From an uncultured Parachlamydiaceae bacterium (GTDB lineage: Bacteria; Chlamydiota; Chlamydiia; Chlamydiales; Parachlamydiaceae): 64,000 bases of DNA. The notes under the pieces are model-generated. The model was given only the letters and a program-made list of their open reading frames with translations, made no database searches and was not told where the DNA came from. The stretch lies in NCBI GenBank assembly GCA_963752155.1, contig CAVVXH010000002.1, positions 32,001 through 96,000 of the forward strand. The letters run 5' to 3'. This document shows, piece after piece, positions 1 to 10,101 of this stretch; within the stretch, counting starts at the first letter, position 1; every line of letters starts with the position of its first letter. The position numbers were made by a program, and so were the translations under genes.

Positions 1-2
1 CT

Positions 3-227
3 TCTAGAGGATATATCGCCAATGATGATCCGAAGTCATTGCCGCAAGTCGGTGAAACGGGAGAAGTGATCGCTACACTCAGGCCTGCAGGAAAAATTCA
101 AGTTAAGGATACGATATATGAAGCCTTGAGCCCTGGGAGTTTCATCGAAAAAGGGGAAAAAATTGTTGTGGTGGCCTTAGAAGGGAGTTCCATTATTGTT
201 GATAGATATCAAAAGGTAGAAACATGA
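3..227 (+). CDS. NfeD-family protein, C-terminal OB-fold part (5' end outside window)
   Basis: Frame is open from base 3. GEVIATLRPAGKIQV...YEALSPGSFIEKGEKIVVV is the NfeD C-terminal motif. Lies upstream of floA. Confidence 0.75.
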   Translation, partial: SRGYIANDDPKSLPQVGETGEVIATLRPAGKIQVKDTIYEALSPGSFIEKGEKIVVVALEGSSIIVDRYQKVET

Positions 228-703
228 TGGCCTATTTTTTATTGCTCTTAGGAATGGTTCTCATCTTCATTGAATTTTTTTTACCGGGCGCGGTGATGGG
301 ATCGATCGGAACCCTCTTAGTGCTGGCCAGCATCTATTTTTTTGCAGTACAGAATGAATCGACGCTAGCTTTGGTGATTTACATCATTGCTGTTATCCTT
401 CTCATGTTTTATTTATTTAAATTCGCTATTTGGCGTATGCAAAAAACAGCCTCTAAGCATACAATTGTCTCAAATTCGGCACAAACCGGTTATGTTGCTT
501 CTTCATACGATTCTACAGCTATTGGTAAACGTGGGATAGTATTGTCGGATCTAAAGCCGGGTGGGTATGTGCTTGTGGATGGTAAAAAACAACAAGCCAT
601 TTCAGTGAGCGGGTATGTTGCACAAAATCAAGAAGTTGAAGTGATTGGTGGACAAGAGGAAAGTCTTCTTGTTAAATTCATTGAAAAATCACACGAATCA
701 TAA
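224..703 (+). CDS. Short NfeD-family membrane protein
   Basis: Hydrophobic N-terminus with IEFFLPG; C-terminal GKRGIVLSDLKPGG OB-fold motif; in an operon with floA. Confidence 0.8.
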   Translation: MMAYFLLLLGMVLIFIEFFLPGAVMGSIGTLLVLASIYFFAVQNESTLALVIYIIAVILLMFYLFKFAIWRMQKTASKHTIVSNSAQTGYVASSYDSTAIGKRGIVLSDLKPGGYVLVDGKKQQAISVSGYVAQNQEVEVIGGQEESLLVKFIEKSHES

Positions 704-712
704 GGAATCATT

Positions 713-1726
713 ATGGGTAGTTCTGTTGTTAGTTCTGACTGGGGAATTGAAGCTTATATTCTTATTTTCCTATTATTGATTGTTGGACTATTTTTATTTA
801 GCATTCTTGCCAAATATATTAGTTTATGGTTTCAAGCCTTTGTGTCAGGGACGCGCATCCCCATTGCAAATATCATCGGGATGAGCCTACGTAAAATACC
901 CCCTAAAGTTATTGTCAATGCTCGCATCACTGCCTATAAAGCTGGTTTGAAAGATGTTTCTGTTTCTGATTTGGAAACCCATTTTATGGCTGGGGGTCAT
1001 GTCACAGAGGTCGTGCAAGCTCTTATTGCAGCCGATAAAGCAAACATTCCTTTGGATTGGAGACGTGCCACTGCAATTGATTTAGCCGGTCGTGATTTGC
1101 GCGAAGCGGTGCAAACTTCTGTTTATCCTAAGGTCATTGATTGTCCAAATCATGGTGGGTATATCACAGGAGTCTCTAAAGACGGCATTCAGATTAATAC
1201 GCGTGCTCGAGTCACTGTACGTACCAATATTGCTCAGCTTGTCGGAGGAGCTACTGAAGAAACGATTATCGCTCGTGTCGGAGAAGGAATCGTTAGTGCG
1301 ATTGGAGGTTCGGATACCCATTTACAAGTTTTGGAAGCTCCTCAAACGATTTCAAAAAGGGTTCTTGATAAGGGGCTGGATTCTTCTACAGCTTTTTTAA
1401 TTTTGTCTATTGATATTGTAGAATTGAATCTAGGGGAAAATATCGGAGCCAAATTGCGTGCAGATAAAGCTGAATCAGATAAGAGGATCGCTCAGGCAGA
1501 AGCTGAAAAAAGGCGGGCTATGGCTGTCGCCATGGAACAAGAAAACTTGGCTAAGGTGCGTGACAAAGAAGCTAATCTCGTTGAAGCACAAGCTGCAGTC
1601 CCCATTGCGATTGCCGAAGCATTTCGCACAGGAAATTTAGGAATTATGGATTACCAGCGTATTCAAAATATTGAGGCCGACACTAAAATGCGTCGAGCTA
1701 TAGCTGAGCCTGAAAAAGGAGCCTAG
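713..1726 (+). CDS. floA: Flotillin-like protein FloA (YqfA family)
   Basis: Motifs [38 protein letters not shown] and [15 protein letters not shown]; nfeD-floA gene order. Confidence 0.93.
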   Translation: MGSSVVSSDWGIEAYILIFLLLIVGLFLFSILAKYISLWFQAFVSGTRIPIANIIGMSLRKIPPKVIVNARITAYKAGLKDVSVSDLETHFMAGGHVTEVVQALIAADKANIPLDWRRATAIDLAGRDLREAVQTSVYPKVIDCPNHGGYITGVSKDGIQINTRARVTVRTNIAQLVGGATEETIIARVGEGIVSAIGGSDTHLQVLEAPQTISKRVLDKGLDSSTAFLILSIDIVELNLGENIGAKLRADKAESDKRIAQAEAEKRRAMAVAMEQENLAKVRDKEANLVEAQAAVPIAIAEAFRTGNLGIMDYQRIQNIEADTKMRRAIAEPEKGA

Positions 1727-1727
1727 T

Positions 1728-2204
1728 GTGAACTTAGTAGAATTTCTGGGATTTATTGCAATGCTCTTTTTTTTATTGCATTCTGCAAGAAATACTAAAC
1801 GTAACAGGGTCGATCCTGACGTGGATGATGCAGAAGAGCAAGAACAGGCTAAGCGTCTAAGGGAATTTTTACAGGGTGTCGACACCGATATGAAGGAGAT
1901 CTCTGCTCCAAAGCCTAAGTCGACGCCTAAACCTCAAAGTGTTAAGCGGGAAAAGCTACAATGGGAGCATCAGGCTGCTAAACATCTTCAGAGATCTCAG
2001 TCCGACAGTGAAATCTACAAAGATTCTCCTGATCCTTATGCCATGGAAAAAGACGCCTACGCAATCACCAAAAAGAAAAAATCGCGAGCATTTTACCTGC
2101 GCCAAAAGCTAAAAAATCCTCAGGAGATGGTGATCATGTACGAAATAATGGGCTCGCCAAAGGCTTTGAAAAATGAAAGATCAAAACACTCCCTCCCTTA
2201 TTGA
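1728..2204 (+). CDS. Hypothetical membrane-anchored protein (position of YqfB after floA)
   Basis: N-terminal TM helix, charged body, C-terminal VIMYEIMGSPKAL motif; starts 1 bp after the floA stop. Confidence 0.6.
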   Translation: MNLVEFLGFIAMLFFLLHSARNTKRNRVDPDVDDAEEQEQAKRLREFLQGVDTDMKEISAPKPKSTPKPQSVKREKLQWEHQAAKHLQRSQSDSEIYKDSPDPYAMEKDAYAITKKKKSRAFYLRQKLKNPQEMVIMYEIMGSPKALKNERSKHSLPY

Positions 2205-2868
2205 ACGCTATCTAAAGCTGGTTGAAGAGATCAAAGAACAAGCTGTAAAATGTCATCGAAATCCACAAGACATAGCTTTAGTGGCCATTTCCAAAACACG
2301 ACCGGGGAGCGAAATTCAATCTTTATATAATGTTGGGCAACGTTTTTTCGGAGAAAATCGGGTGCAAGAATTGGTTGTTAAAGTAGCTGAGGCCCCGGCA
2401 GATACCGAATGGCATTTCATTGGGCCCTTACAAAGAAATAAAGTTCGAAAAGTGATTACCTTGAGTTCGCTCATTCATTCAGTTGATTCAGTGGAGCTTG
2501 CAAGGAAAATTTCGCAATGTAGTTTGGAAGCTTCAGTAACGACCAGAATTCTTTTGCAAGTCAATGTTTCAGAAGAGTCTACAAAGCAGGGGATGAGTGT
2601 TGTAGAGTGTAAAGCCGCTTGTGATAGTATTTTGGCTTTTCCAGGGATCACGATTGAAGGGTTGATGACCATGGCTCCGATGGTTGAAGACCAAAGCATC
2701 ATTCACGCTTGTTTTGCGGGCTTACGAGAGCTTCGAGAAGATTTGAAGCAACGTTATGGAGTTAATACGTTTCCACATCTTTCTATGGGAATGTCCCATG
2801 ATTACCGGATAGCTATTGCAGAAGGGGCCACTTTATTGCGCATTGGGACGGCTCTTTTTAAGCTTTAA
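2173..2868 (+). CDS. yggS: PLP homeostasis protein, YggS family
   Basis: Motifs LVAISKT, FGENRVQE, WHFIGPLQRNK, GLMTM, LSMGMSHDY and RIGTALF. Confidence 0.95.
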   Translation: MKDQNTPSLIERYLKLVEEIKEQAVKCHRNPQDIALVAISKTRPGSEIQSLYNVGQRFFGENRVQELVVKVAEAPADTEWHFIGPLQRNKVRKVITLSSLIHSVDSVELARKISQCSLEASVTTRILLQVNVSEESTKQGMSVVECKAACDSILAFPGITIEGLMTMAPMVEDQSIIHACFAGLRELREDLKQRYGVNTFPHLSMGMSHDYRIAIAEGATLLRIGTALFKL

Positions 2869-2873
2869 GCGCA

Positions 2874-2925
2874 GCAATTCCCGTTAAACTTTCGTGCCTG
2901 CGTGGCAGAGCCACAATTAGAATTA
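2874..2925. repeat. Truncated copy of GCAATTCCCG(C/T)TAAACTTTCGTGCC MITE/REP-like element
   Basis: 2874-2898 matches 6129-6153 at 24/25 nt; lies between convergent genes. Confidence 0.7.
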
Positions 2926-3669
2926 TCGATTTCGAAGCTTCGCTAGAAGCCTTAGGCACTCAACATATAGCCAAACTAATGTCACCATAAGTGCAAAGGC
3001 TCCATACCATTCTAAGTATTTGGGAGCTCTTCGTGCTTGTCCTTGCTCAATAAAATCAAAGTCTATGACTAAATTAAAAGCTGCAATAAGCACAACAAAT
3101 AAGCTGAAACCAATTCCAACCCAACCATTACCAAAAATATATGGAATCTGAACGCCAAAAAAACTTAGAAGAATGGATCCGATATAAACTACGGCGATAC
3201 CTCCTGTCGCAGCGAACACTCCCATTTTGAAGCTTTCCGTAGCCCGCACCAAACCTGATTGATAAGCCATTAACATGGCAATGAGGGTAGCAAAAGTCAA
3301 ACTGGCAGCTTGAATTGCTATTCCGTGAAACTGTGATTCAAACATTGCTGAAATGCCACCGATAAACAAACCTTCAAAAAGAGCATAAAAAACTGAAGTA
3401 ATAGAAGCCCAGGTTGGTTTATAAGCTGTTAGAATCGCTAAAATAAAGCCTCCAAACGCTCCTGTGATGGTTAAGCCTGTTACAGAATCCGGATTACCGC
3501 CTGATTTCATAAACTTTACCCATGTCCATCCTGCACTAAGCGTAGCTAACAGGATTAAAAGAAGTGTTTTTAACACAACTCCATGTATCGTCATTGTATC
3601 AGTCGTCGCACTGGCATATCCTCGACTGTCAAAAATGTCATTTTGTAAAACTGGATTGGCTGAACGCAT
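2923..3669 (-). CDS. Bax inhibitor-1/YccA-like membrane protein
   Basis: MRSANPVL...MTIHGVVLKT start, multiple TM helices, C-terminal APKYLEWYGAFALMVTLVWLYVECLRLL. Confidence 0.88.
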   Translation of the reverse strand: MRSANPVLQNDIFDSRGYASATTDTMTIHGVVLKTLLLILLATLSAGWTWVKFMKSGGNPDSVTGLTITGAFGGFILAILTAYKPTWASITSVFYALFEGLFIGGISAMFESQFHGIAIQAASLTFATLIAMLMAYQSGLVRATESFKMGVFAATGGIAVVYIGSILLSFFGVQIPYIFGNGWVGIGFSLFVVLIAAFNLVIDFDFIEQGQARRAPKYLEWYGAFALMVTLVWLYVECLRLLAKLRNR

Positions 3670-3765
3670 TGTAATCCTCCGTGGAAAAATAAACTTAATT
3701 TTACGAGATGTTTAATTAAGACGCAAGGTTTTGGTGATGCCTGCAGCAATTGCTGCTAATTGTAC

Positions 3766-5196
3766 TCAGTACTTGCAGTTAAATAGCATCTCTGAGAAGT
3801 CTATAATCCGTGCAAAATATCCTCTATCAACAACATCTTCCGAAACACCATTGACATGAATGAGCACAGGACGACAGGAAAAGCCTCGAGGAAGCTGTAA
3901 ACGATGAAGCTTTTCTTCCATCTCTTCAATGACTTCTATTCCCACCACTCCTTGTCGGAATTTGACTTCACACGCATATAAATCACGAAATCGCGTTTGA
4001 ATCAAATAATCGATTTGACATCCTCGTCTACGAATAGTCGCCTTTTGAAAATAAGTATTAGCGATCACCACATCTTCTGGTGAAATACCCAGGATCTTAC
4101 ATACGAGAAATCCATTGTTGATGATCAAATTTTCAAACTGCATTCCCATTATAGACAACCACCCATGAGGTAAACGTTGTAGATGAGTACTTTCGATTTG
4201 TTCTTTATGTGGAAGAATATACTTCATATAAAATCTTAAATAATTATCTTTAATCCGATAAAGGCTAGATTCTAATCGTTTTCCAGTTGCTATTGACCAA
4301 TTATAATCACGTGACAAAAAACCGGATTCCATTAAATCCCCTAGAGCTGTGCTCAAATCGCCTCCCCGGGATCTATCCAATTTTTCTGCGAGTTCTATGG
4401 TTGAAAGAGGAGAATTGATTAAATTTTCGACAATTTGTTTATAGAAAAGGCCTTGCTTTTGGAATAAGTCATGAAAAATTTGATCAAATTCACGGAAAAG
4501 CAATCCTTCCTGGTCAAAGCATAAACGTAGCAGGTTTGCTTCTGCAGATAGATCTGGACGTAATTCTTCAAGATAACGTGGGATTCCTCCTGTCACTGAT
4601 AAAAATTTAAACTTTTCGTAAGCGGAGATTTTTCCAGGACTCCCTTCCCAAAACAGATTACATTCAGGCAAGGATAGCTCTTCTAACAGAAGGCGAAGAG
4701 AAACTCGGCCAAAAAATCCTGTGCTGCTAAGGATGTTTTTGCTGATCCAAGCTGAGTTTGATCCCGAAAGAATCATTACAAACTGAGGATTTTGTTTAAA
4801 GTAACGATCCCATGCAGTCTTTAATTTGGGGAGGAATGTGGGATCATGTGAACCCATCCAGGTAATTTCGTCGAGAACCACAAGTATACGTTCTTTCTTA
4901 CATTCTTGAGCTAAATCGTAGAAAAGATTTCCCCAATCATCGCATCGATAAATTGGTAGTTTATATTCTTGAAGTTGCCGAAGAAATTCTTCTCTTTGTG
5001 TTTGTCCAGTGACGCCTGGTTCAGGGGGAATCCCCGATAAGATGTATGCTTTACTGAAGGCTGAGGCATATTCTTCAGCCAAACGACTTTTGCCTATCCT
5101 TCTGCGGCCACGAATCACGACAAGGCTAGAGCTCTTTTTTCGAAGGAGCCCCTTGAGTGATTCAATTTCCTTTTCTCTTCCAATGAATTTTGTCAT
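3766..5196 (-). CDS. AAA/archaeal-type ATPase with wHTH and C-terminal PD-(D/E)XK-like domain
   Basis: FIGREKE start motif (probable ATG at 5196), Walker A GRRRIGKS, Walker B VVLDE, GGIPRYL, C-terminal QIDYLI...CEVKF. Confidence 0.88.
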   Translation of the reverse strand: MTKFIGREKEIESLKGLLRKKSSSLVVIRGRRRIGKSRLAEEYASAFSKAYILSGIPPEPGVTGQTQREEFLRQLQEYKLPIYRCDDWGNLFYDLAQECKKERILVVLDEITWMGSHDPTFLPKLKTAWDRYFKQNPQFVMILSGSNSAWISKNILSSTGFFGRVSLRLLLEELSLPECNLFWEGSPGKISAYEKFKFLSVTGGIPRYLEELRPDLSAEANLLRLCFDQEGLLFREFDQIFHDLFQKQGLFYKQIVENLINSPLSTIELAEKLDRSRGGDLSTALGDLMESGFLSRDYNWSIATGKRLESSLYRIKDNYLRFYMKYILPHKEQIESTHLQRLPHGWLSIMGMQFENLIINNGFLVCKILGISPEDVVIANTYFQKATIRRRGCQIDYLIQTRFRDLYACEVKFRQGVVGIEVIEEMEEKLHRLQLPRGFSCRPVLIHVNGVSEDVVDRGYFARIIDFSEMLFNCKY

Positions 5197-5212
5197 TTTT
5201 ATCTCAAATATT

Positions 5213-5282
5213 TTCCCCAAAAATGACAAAATGGTATTTTTGGGGGTTTTTTTAATATTAGATGAATTCCCCAAAAATGACA
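5213..5282. promoter_or_regulatory. Direct repeat plus palindrome upstream of ATPase (candidate operator)
   Basis: TTCCCCAAAAATGACA at 5213-5228 and 5267-5282 (54-bp period); CCCCAAAAAT/ATTTTTGGGG inverted pair at 5215-5245. Confidence 0.5.
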
Positions 5283-5390
5283 TCTTAAAAATGATCTGAC
5301 TTTTTTCAATGTTACAACAACACTACAATAGATCTTAATTTTCGGTTCTGTCCCCGAAGGGCGAATCACAAGCCTACTCTCATCACTTAA

Positions 5391-5813
5391 TTAATGATCA
5401 AAAGGTGTAATACAAGGTAAGCATGAATTCTTATTTTTTCTATATATTTTAAAACTTCCATCGAGTGTTAAAATCTTTGCATGATCATGAAGTTCAGCCA
5501 TTCTGACTAGACAAGCATCTGCGAGAGACATGGGAACATTTTTATATTTATGAACGAATTGTTTTATTAATTTCGCCTCTACATTAAGATTAAATTCTGT
5601 CACTATTATATTTCGGTCTATCATTTCTAAAATAATTTCTCGCCCTTGATCAATATGCCGCGTCAAAAAGCAAGCTTCAGAAATTACAGCCTGACAGGTT
5701 AGTATGGGAGGAGAAATTTCTTGAAATCTAGTTTTAGCCCAACCATGGTACTTGTCTTTAAGATTGAGATAAGCGACTAAGGGACCGGTATCTAAAATGA
5801 TCAAATTTGTCAT
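5391..5813 (-). CDS. vapC: PIN-domain toxin (VapC family)
   Basis: ILDTGPLVA, VISEA, SLADACLV and ILTLD carry the PIN acidic residues; overlaps the upstream RHH gene by 4 bp. Confidence 0.88.
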   Translation of the reverse strand: MTNLIILDTGPLVAYLNLKDKYHGWAKTRFQEISPPILTCQAVISEACFLTRHIDQGREIILEMIDRNIIVTEFNLNVEAKLIKQFVHKYKNVPMSLADACLVRMAELHDHAKILTLDGSFKIYRKNKNSCLPCITPFDH

Positions 5814-6049
5814 TGTCCATAGCCTTCTAAATAGGTAGGATTTTCTGATAGATCTTCAGGCCCATTAATTGCTCCGCACAAATCCTTCGACAATGTATAT
5901 AAACTGTTATGAGAAGTTGATCTTTTTTGACTCAGGTAAAATTCTAAAGCTTGACGAATAAGATCTGATTTTCGCATTTTTCTTCTTTTAGACTCGCCAT
6001 CCAAGTTATTGGCCAGCTTCTCCGGACATTTAAAAGAGAGTGTTTTCAT
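5810..6049 (-). CDS. Ribbon-helix-helix (CopG-like) antitoxin
   Basis: MKTLSFKCP...KSDLIRQALEFYL RHH pattern; C-terminal GPEDLSENPTYLEGYG; coupled to the PIN gene. Confidence 0.8.
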   Translation of the reverse strand: MKTLSFKCPEKLANNLDGESKRRKMRKSDLIRQALEFYLSQKRSTSHNSLYTLSKDLCGAINGPEDLSENPTYLEGYGQ

Positions 6050-6061
6050 AAGTTTCTCCAG

Positions 6062-6104
6062 GTAATACCCCTATAAACACATTGTATTACTTTTTACAGT
6101 ATTA
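6062..6104. promoter_or_regulatory. Candidate TA operator (inverted GTAATAC/GTATTAC)
   Basis: GTAATAC at 6062-6068, GTATTAC at 6084-6090 and GTATTA at 6099-6104, just upstream of the antitoxin start. Confidence 0.4.
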
Positions 6105-6128
6105 GTCGAGAATCATTTTTTCGAATCT

Positions 6129-6238
6129 GCAATTCCCGCTAAACTTTCGTGCCGGTGTGCACGCGTGCGTGCCCGAGCCCGAAAAATTTCGTAGATTTTA
6201 CTAATTTTCGGGCATGGGCACGAATTAGCTGGAATTGC
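6129..6238. mobile_element. ~110-bp MITE/REP-like element with nested inverted repeats
   Basis: Terminal IR GCAATTCCCGCTAA / TTAGCTGGAATTGC (13/14); inner IR CGTGCCCGAGCCCGAAAA / TTTTCGGGCATGGGCACG; related copies at 2874 and 15108. Confidence 0.7.
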
Positions 6239-6319
6239 TTAAAAAAGGTCTTTTTTCCTGCCAAAAATGTCACAACTTGATATGATCCTAATTATGAGGA
6301 AATCTATTAACGAGGAAAT

Positions 6320-7399
6320 ATGGATATGAAATATTTAGTTTTATTTTTACTTTTAGTTACACCTTCAATCATCCTTTTTAGCTCTGTATCCAATGAAAAG
6401 GCTGATCCCAAAATTATTCCTGTAACAACTCCGCCGCCAGAAGAAAATAAAATTTACCCAATTGCTGTGATTGGTTCAGGGGCTGCAGGCACGATGGCTG
6501 TTAAAAGAATTGTTTTAAATAACGATGAAGTGCTTCTCTTTACTGGCGCTAAATCAGAAAGAAGGCGATCAAGAGGAAATTGGGTTAGAAAAGTCGATAA
6601 TATTCCAGGCTTTGAGAAATATTCTAGAACTGTCTTAGAATTACGCAATGAGTCCCTAAAGGAGCTGCTCAAAAGTGATTTAAGCCACAATCTTTTTGTC
6701 ATTGAAGACTCAATTACTGAAATCACAAAAGAAAACGAAATATTTAAACTCAAAGATCAAACGGGTCGCACGTTCTTTGTTAAGTATGTCATTTTAGCTA
6801 CCGGAATCATGGACGAACAACCACATATTCAAGAGAGTATTCGGCCAATTCTTGATTTTGCGAATGGTCAAACAGTCGCTTATTGCCTAATATGCGATGG
6901 GCATCGCAGCTTTAGAAAAAAGACTGTGATCATTGGACATTCCGAAGAGACTGCTGATGCAGCTATTCTTCTATCTGATAAATATTCATTAACAGATGTT
7001 ACGATACTTACAAATGGAAAACCTCCAGAATTTAATCGTCAAGAAATGTTAAATAGGAAAATTCAAATCAATGAAAATCCAATTATTGAAATACTTGGAG
7101 ATAGGAGTGATCAACAACTTACCGGCTTTAAATTACAAAATGGCGAAATTGTGGAAGCAGAAATGGGATTTGTTTCTTTGGGAATTAGGCCTAACAATCA
7201 ACTTGCTTTGCAGTTGGGAGCTCAGGTTGATGCTAGAGGACTCGTAATCACCGACAAAGACGGTGAAACTTCCATTCCAAATTTATTTGTAGCCGGCGAC
7301 CTGCGTGCACAAAGTATGAAACAAATTTACACTGCCTGGCAACATGCAGTCGAGTGTGCCCAGATCATTAATTGGCGCCTACGATCAGCAGTGGAATGA
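6320..7399 (+). CDS. NAD(P)/FAD-dependent oxidoreductase, thioredoxin reductase-like
   Basis: VIGSGAAG, VILATG, redox YCLICDG, TSIPNLFVAGD; hydrophobic N-terminal leader. Confidence 0.85.
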   Translation: MDMKYLVLFLLLVTPSIILFSSVSNEKADPKIIPVTTPPPEENKIYPIAVIGSGAAGTMAVKRIVLNNDEVLLFTGAKSERRRSRGNWVRKVDNIPGFEKYSRTVLELRNESLKELLKSDLSHNLFVIEDSITEITKENEIFKLKDQTGRTFFVKYVILATGIMDEQPHIQESIRPILDFANGQTVAYCLICDGHRSFRKKTVIIGHSEETADAAILLSDKYSLTDVTILTNGKPPEFNRQEMLNRKIQINENPIIEILGDRSDQQLTGFKLQNGEIVEAEMGFVSLGIRPNNQLALQLGAQVDARGLVITDKDGETSIPNLFVAGDLRAQSMKQIYTAWQHAVECAQIINWRLRSAVE

Positions 7400-7406
7400 T
7401 GCGCGT

Positions 7407-8909
7407 ATGCAAAAAATGCAAACCATCACACCTACCTACTCCTACTGGAAGGCACATTGGAATCAATTTAAAAAGCACTATCCAGGCTATATAGGGCTAT
7501 GGGTCGTCCTCGTATTTTGCTTAGTTGGAATCTATGCTCCCTTTTTAGCTTCCAGTAAGCCTTTGTTTGTCATGTACGAGGGCGTGCCTTACTTTCCTCT
7601 TTTTCGATATCTCTTTTATCCCGAATTTTTCACTAAACCACTTGACATTTTCTTTAATTTGCTCATGTTCACATTTCCTTTCATGCTACTCGGCATCTGC
7701 TACAGTCGCATAAAATATCGTGGAAAGGTATTTTTAGGGTTATGTGGATTACAAATTGTACTATTTATTTACCTTCTTTCCAATCCCCCTTCGGATCCTG
7801 CAAACAATCCAGAGCTCAGCCTCGAACGCAACTCAGTTTTAAAGAATCACCCTGAGAAATATTTCGATTGGAATTTCAATTTAAATCATATGAACGCCTA
7901 TGCAAAACTTAACCTACTCACAAGATACCGGCTGCAAAAAGCCCAATTTGAACAGTTACGACATGACCTTCACGAAAACCCTCAAACACTTTATTACACA
8001 GAGCAATTACGCCAGAAAGCGATCATCGAGCAAGAAAAGAAAAAACTGAAGGACTCACCTGAGTCCCAAAATTCAACTTCTTCTCAACAAGTTGAAACCA
8101 AAATAAACTACATTCAAGATCGAATGAAATGGATCGAAAATGAAAGTCAAAAACTAAATTTCATGCTAATGCCTCTCTTGAGCCATTTTCACTGGGAAGA
8201 TGATGCCGGAGGCGATCAAAGTTTAAATCAAAAACTTCCTTGGTGGGAACTTACGCGTACTAATCGAAAAGACCTCTTAGCGGCATTAATTTTTGGAGTA
8301 CGAATTTCTTTAGTTGTCGGATTTCTAGCCGTTGCCATAGCTTTAGCCATTGCTATCCCCATTGGGGCGACAGCAGGATTCTATGGCAGTACAATCGATA
8401 TGATTATTTCTCGAATTTTAGAAATTTGGGAAGCGATGCCAACATTTTTTATGCTATTAATGATGGTTGCGATCCTTCAAAGTAAATCCATATTTATTGT
8501 CATCGGAATCATAGGACTTTTTAGTTGGACAGGATTCAGTCGTTATTTACGAGCAGAATTTTTTAAACAACGCAATCTTCCCTATGTAGAAGCCTGCTTT
8601 GCTTTAGGTTACAAAAATAGCTATATCATGTTCGTCCATATCTTACCAAACGCCATGCCTCCTTTACTCACATTACTCCCATTTGCCATTATGGGGGCAA
8701 TCAGCAGTGAAGCTGGCCTTTCTTTTTTAGGTCTAGGAGAGGAAGGATCATGTTCTTGGGGAGTTTTGATGGATGAAGGGCGTGCAGCTTTTCCTGGAGA
8801 AAGTCATTTACTATGGCCTCCTGCAATTTTACTCACCACCTTGCTAGTCGCTATTGCACTCGTTGGCGATGCCCTTAGAGATACTTTTGATCCTAAAATG
8901 CAAAGATGA
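7407..8909 (+). CDS. oppC: Oligopeptide ABC transporter permease, chlamydial OppC type
   Basis: GVRISLVVG, EAA-loop YVEACFALG, HILPN, SEAGLSFLGLG, GDALRDTFDPK; long soluble insertion. Start chosen as the first ATG after the previous stop. Confidence 0.85.
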   Translation: MQKMQTITPTYSYWKAHWNQFKKHYPGYIGLWVVLVFCLVGIYAPFLASSKPLFVMYEGVPYFPLFRYLFYPEFFTKPLDIFFNLLMFTFPFMLLGICYSRIKYRGKVFLGLCGLQIVLFIYLLSNPPSDPANNPELSLERNSVLKNHPEKYFDWNFNLNHMNAYAKLNLLTRYRLQKAQFEQLRHDLHENPQTLYYTEQLRQKAIIEQEKKKLKDSPESQNSTSSQQVETKINYIQDRMKWIENESQKLNFMLMPLLSHFHWEDDAGGDQSLNQKLPWWELTRTNRKDLLAALIFGVRISLVVGFLAVAIALAIAIPIGATAGFYGSTIDMIISRILEIWEAMPTFFMLLMMVAILQSKSIFIVIGIIGLFSWTGFSRYLRAEFFKQRNLPYVEACFALGYKNSYIMFVHILPNAMPPLLTLLPFAIMGAISSEAGLSFLGLGEEGSCSWGVLMDEGRAAFPGESHLLWPPAILLTTLLVAIALVGDALRDTFDPKMQR

Positions 8910-9048
8910 TTGATTTTTAGAAAAAAAACCTTGCTTTTATGATAGTAATTTCTATATATATAATCATAAGGGGCTGTGAAACAAAAATTTGCACGATCCC
9001 AAACCTTAAATTGCATTTTTTGTTTTTTCTGAAAGTCTTGGTAATAAT

Positions 9049-10101
9049 ATGTCGCAACCCGATAGGAAATTTGAACTTAGAAAAGATCAATTCCTTCTGA
9101 ATGAACAACTCGTTCAGTGGGTACAAGCATTTGAGCCAAAATTCAGAAAAATTATTTATGGACACATAGCTCTACATGTTTCCTTCCTCTCGATAGGCAT
9201 TCTGGAATTCTTTTCTTTTACTTTTTTTTTCACTTTTTTAAAAGAATATTCTCTCATAGCGTTTGCCCTAGCACTCCTTTTTTTAACTCTATTTTCATAT
9301 TACATAGTGTATCTTTATAGTCAAACACGAAAACCGGAGCAACTTAAAGAGTTAAAAAATACGTTCTCCAATGGGGCTAGAGAAATCATTAATTACGATC
9401 ATGATATGACCGATTCCCATTTAACACTAGCTGATACTTTTTGTAAATTAGCTTACAGCCTAGATGGAATGGAATACACTCTTTTCAACCCTCCTAGAAT
9501 CTTAAAAAGGCTCTCTTCTTACTTTGAGAAATTGAGTTGTTGGGCTTATTGGCATGATGTTTATACAATAAAAGAAATGGTTCTCGTTGCCATGGTCGAA
9601 GAGCACATCAAACTCGTAAAATGCGATGCCGCAAATCTTGAAGCCCATACTGCACTTGCTAATGCCTATATTCTACTCTCAGCCTTATATATGGTACCTG
9701 AGGAAGAAGAGGAAAGAAGCCGTATGATTTCATCATGCTCTACAGAGGAGCTTAAGGAAAAATTTCAGGCTATTGCTAAGCGAGCTATTGAAGAATTCAA
9801 AATTTTAAAGGAATATTCTCCACATGACCCCTGGATTCATGAGCAGCTTGCCCATAGTTATTGTGACTTGCAAATGCCCCTAGAAGCTATCAGTGAATAT
9901 GAACAGATTTTAAAATTAAATTCAACAGACTCTGAAACATTATATAAACTAGGTATTTTGTATTTCCAACTTGGACGCAATGCCCATGGCTTAAAAGTCT
10001 ACGAACAACTTAAGCGCTTAAATTACAAAAAGGCCAACACTCTTATCGCTCATTATGGGGCTTATTCTGATTCAATATTTAATTTTAAAAAGGAAATCTA
10101 A
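9049..10101 (+). CDS. Membrane-anchored TPR protein
   Basis: Two N-terminal TM helices; C-terminal TPR-like helices (LAHSY...AISEYEQILKL; LYKLGILYFQLG). Confidence 0.7.
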   Translation: MSQPDRKFELRKDQFLLNEQLVQWVQAFEPKFRKIIYGHIALHVSFLSIGILEFFSFTFFFTFLKEYSLIAFALALLFLTLFSYYIVYLYSQTRKPEQLKELKNTFSNGAREIINYDHDMTDSHLTLADTFCKLAYSLDGMEYTLFNPPRILKRLSSYFEKLSCWAYWHDVYTIKEMVLVAMVEEHIKLVKCDAANLEAHTALANAYILLSALYMVPEEEEERSRMISSCSTEELKEKFQAIAKRAIEEFKILKEYSPHDPWIHEQLAHSYCDLQMPLEAISEYEQILKLNSTDSETLYKLGILYFQLGRNAHGLKVYEQLKRLNYKKANTLIAHYGAYSDSIFNFKKEI

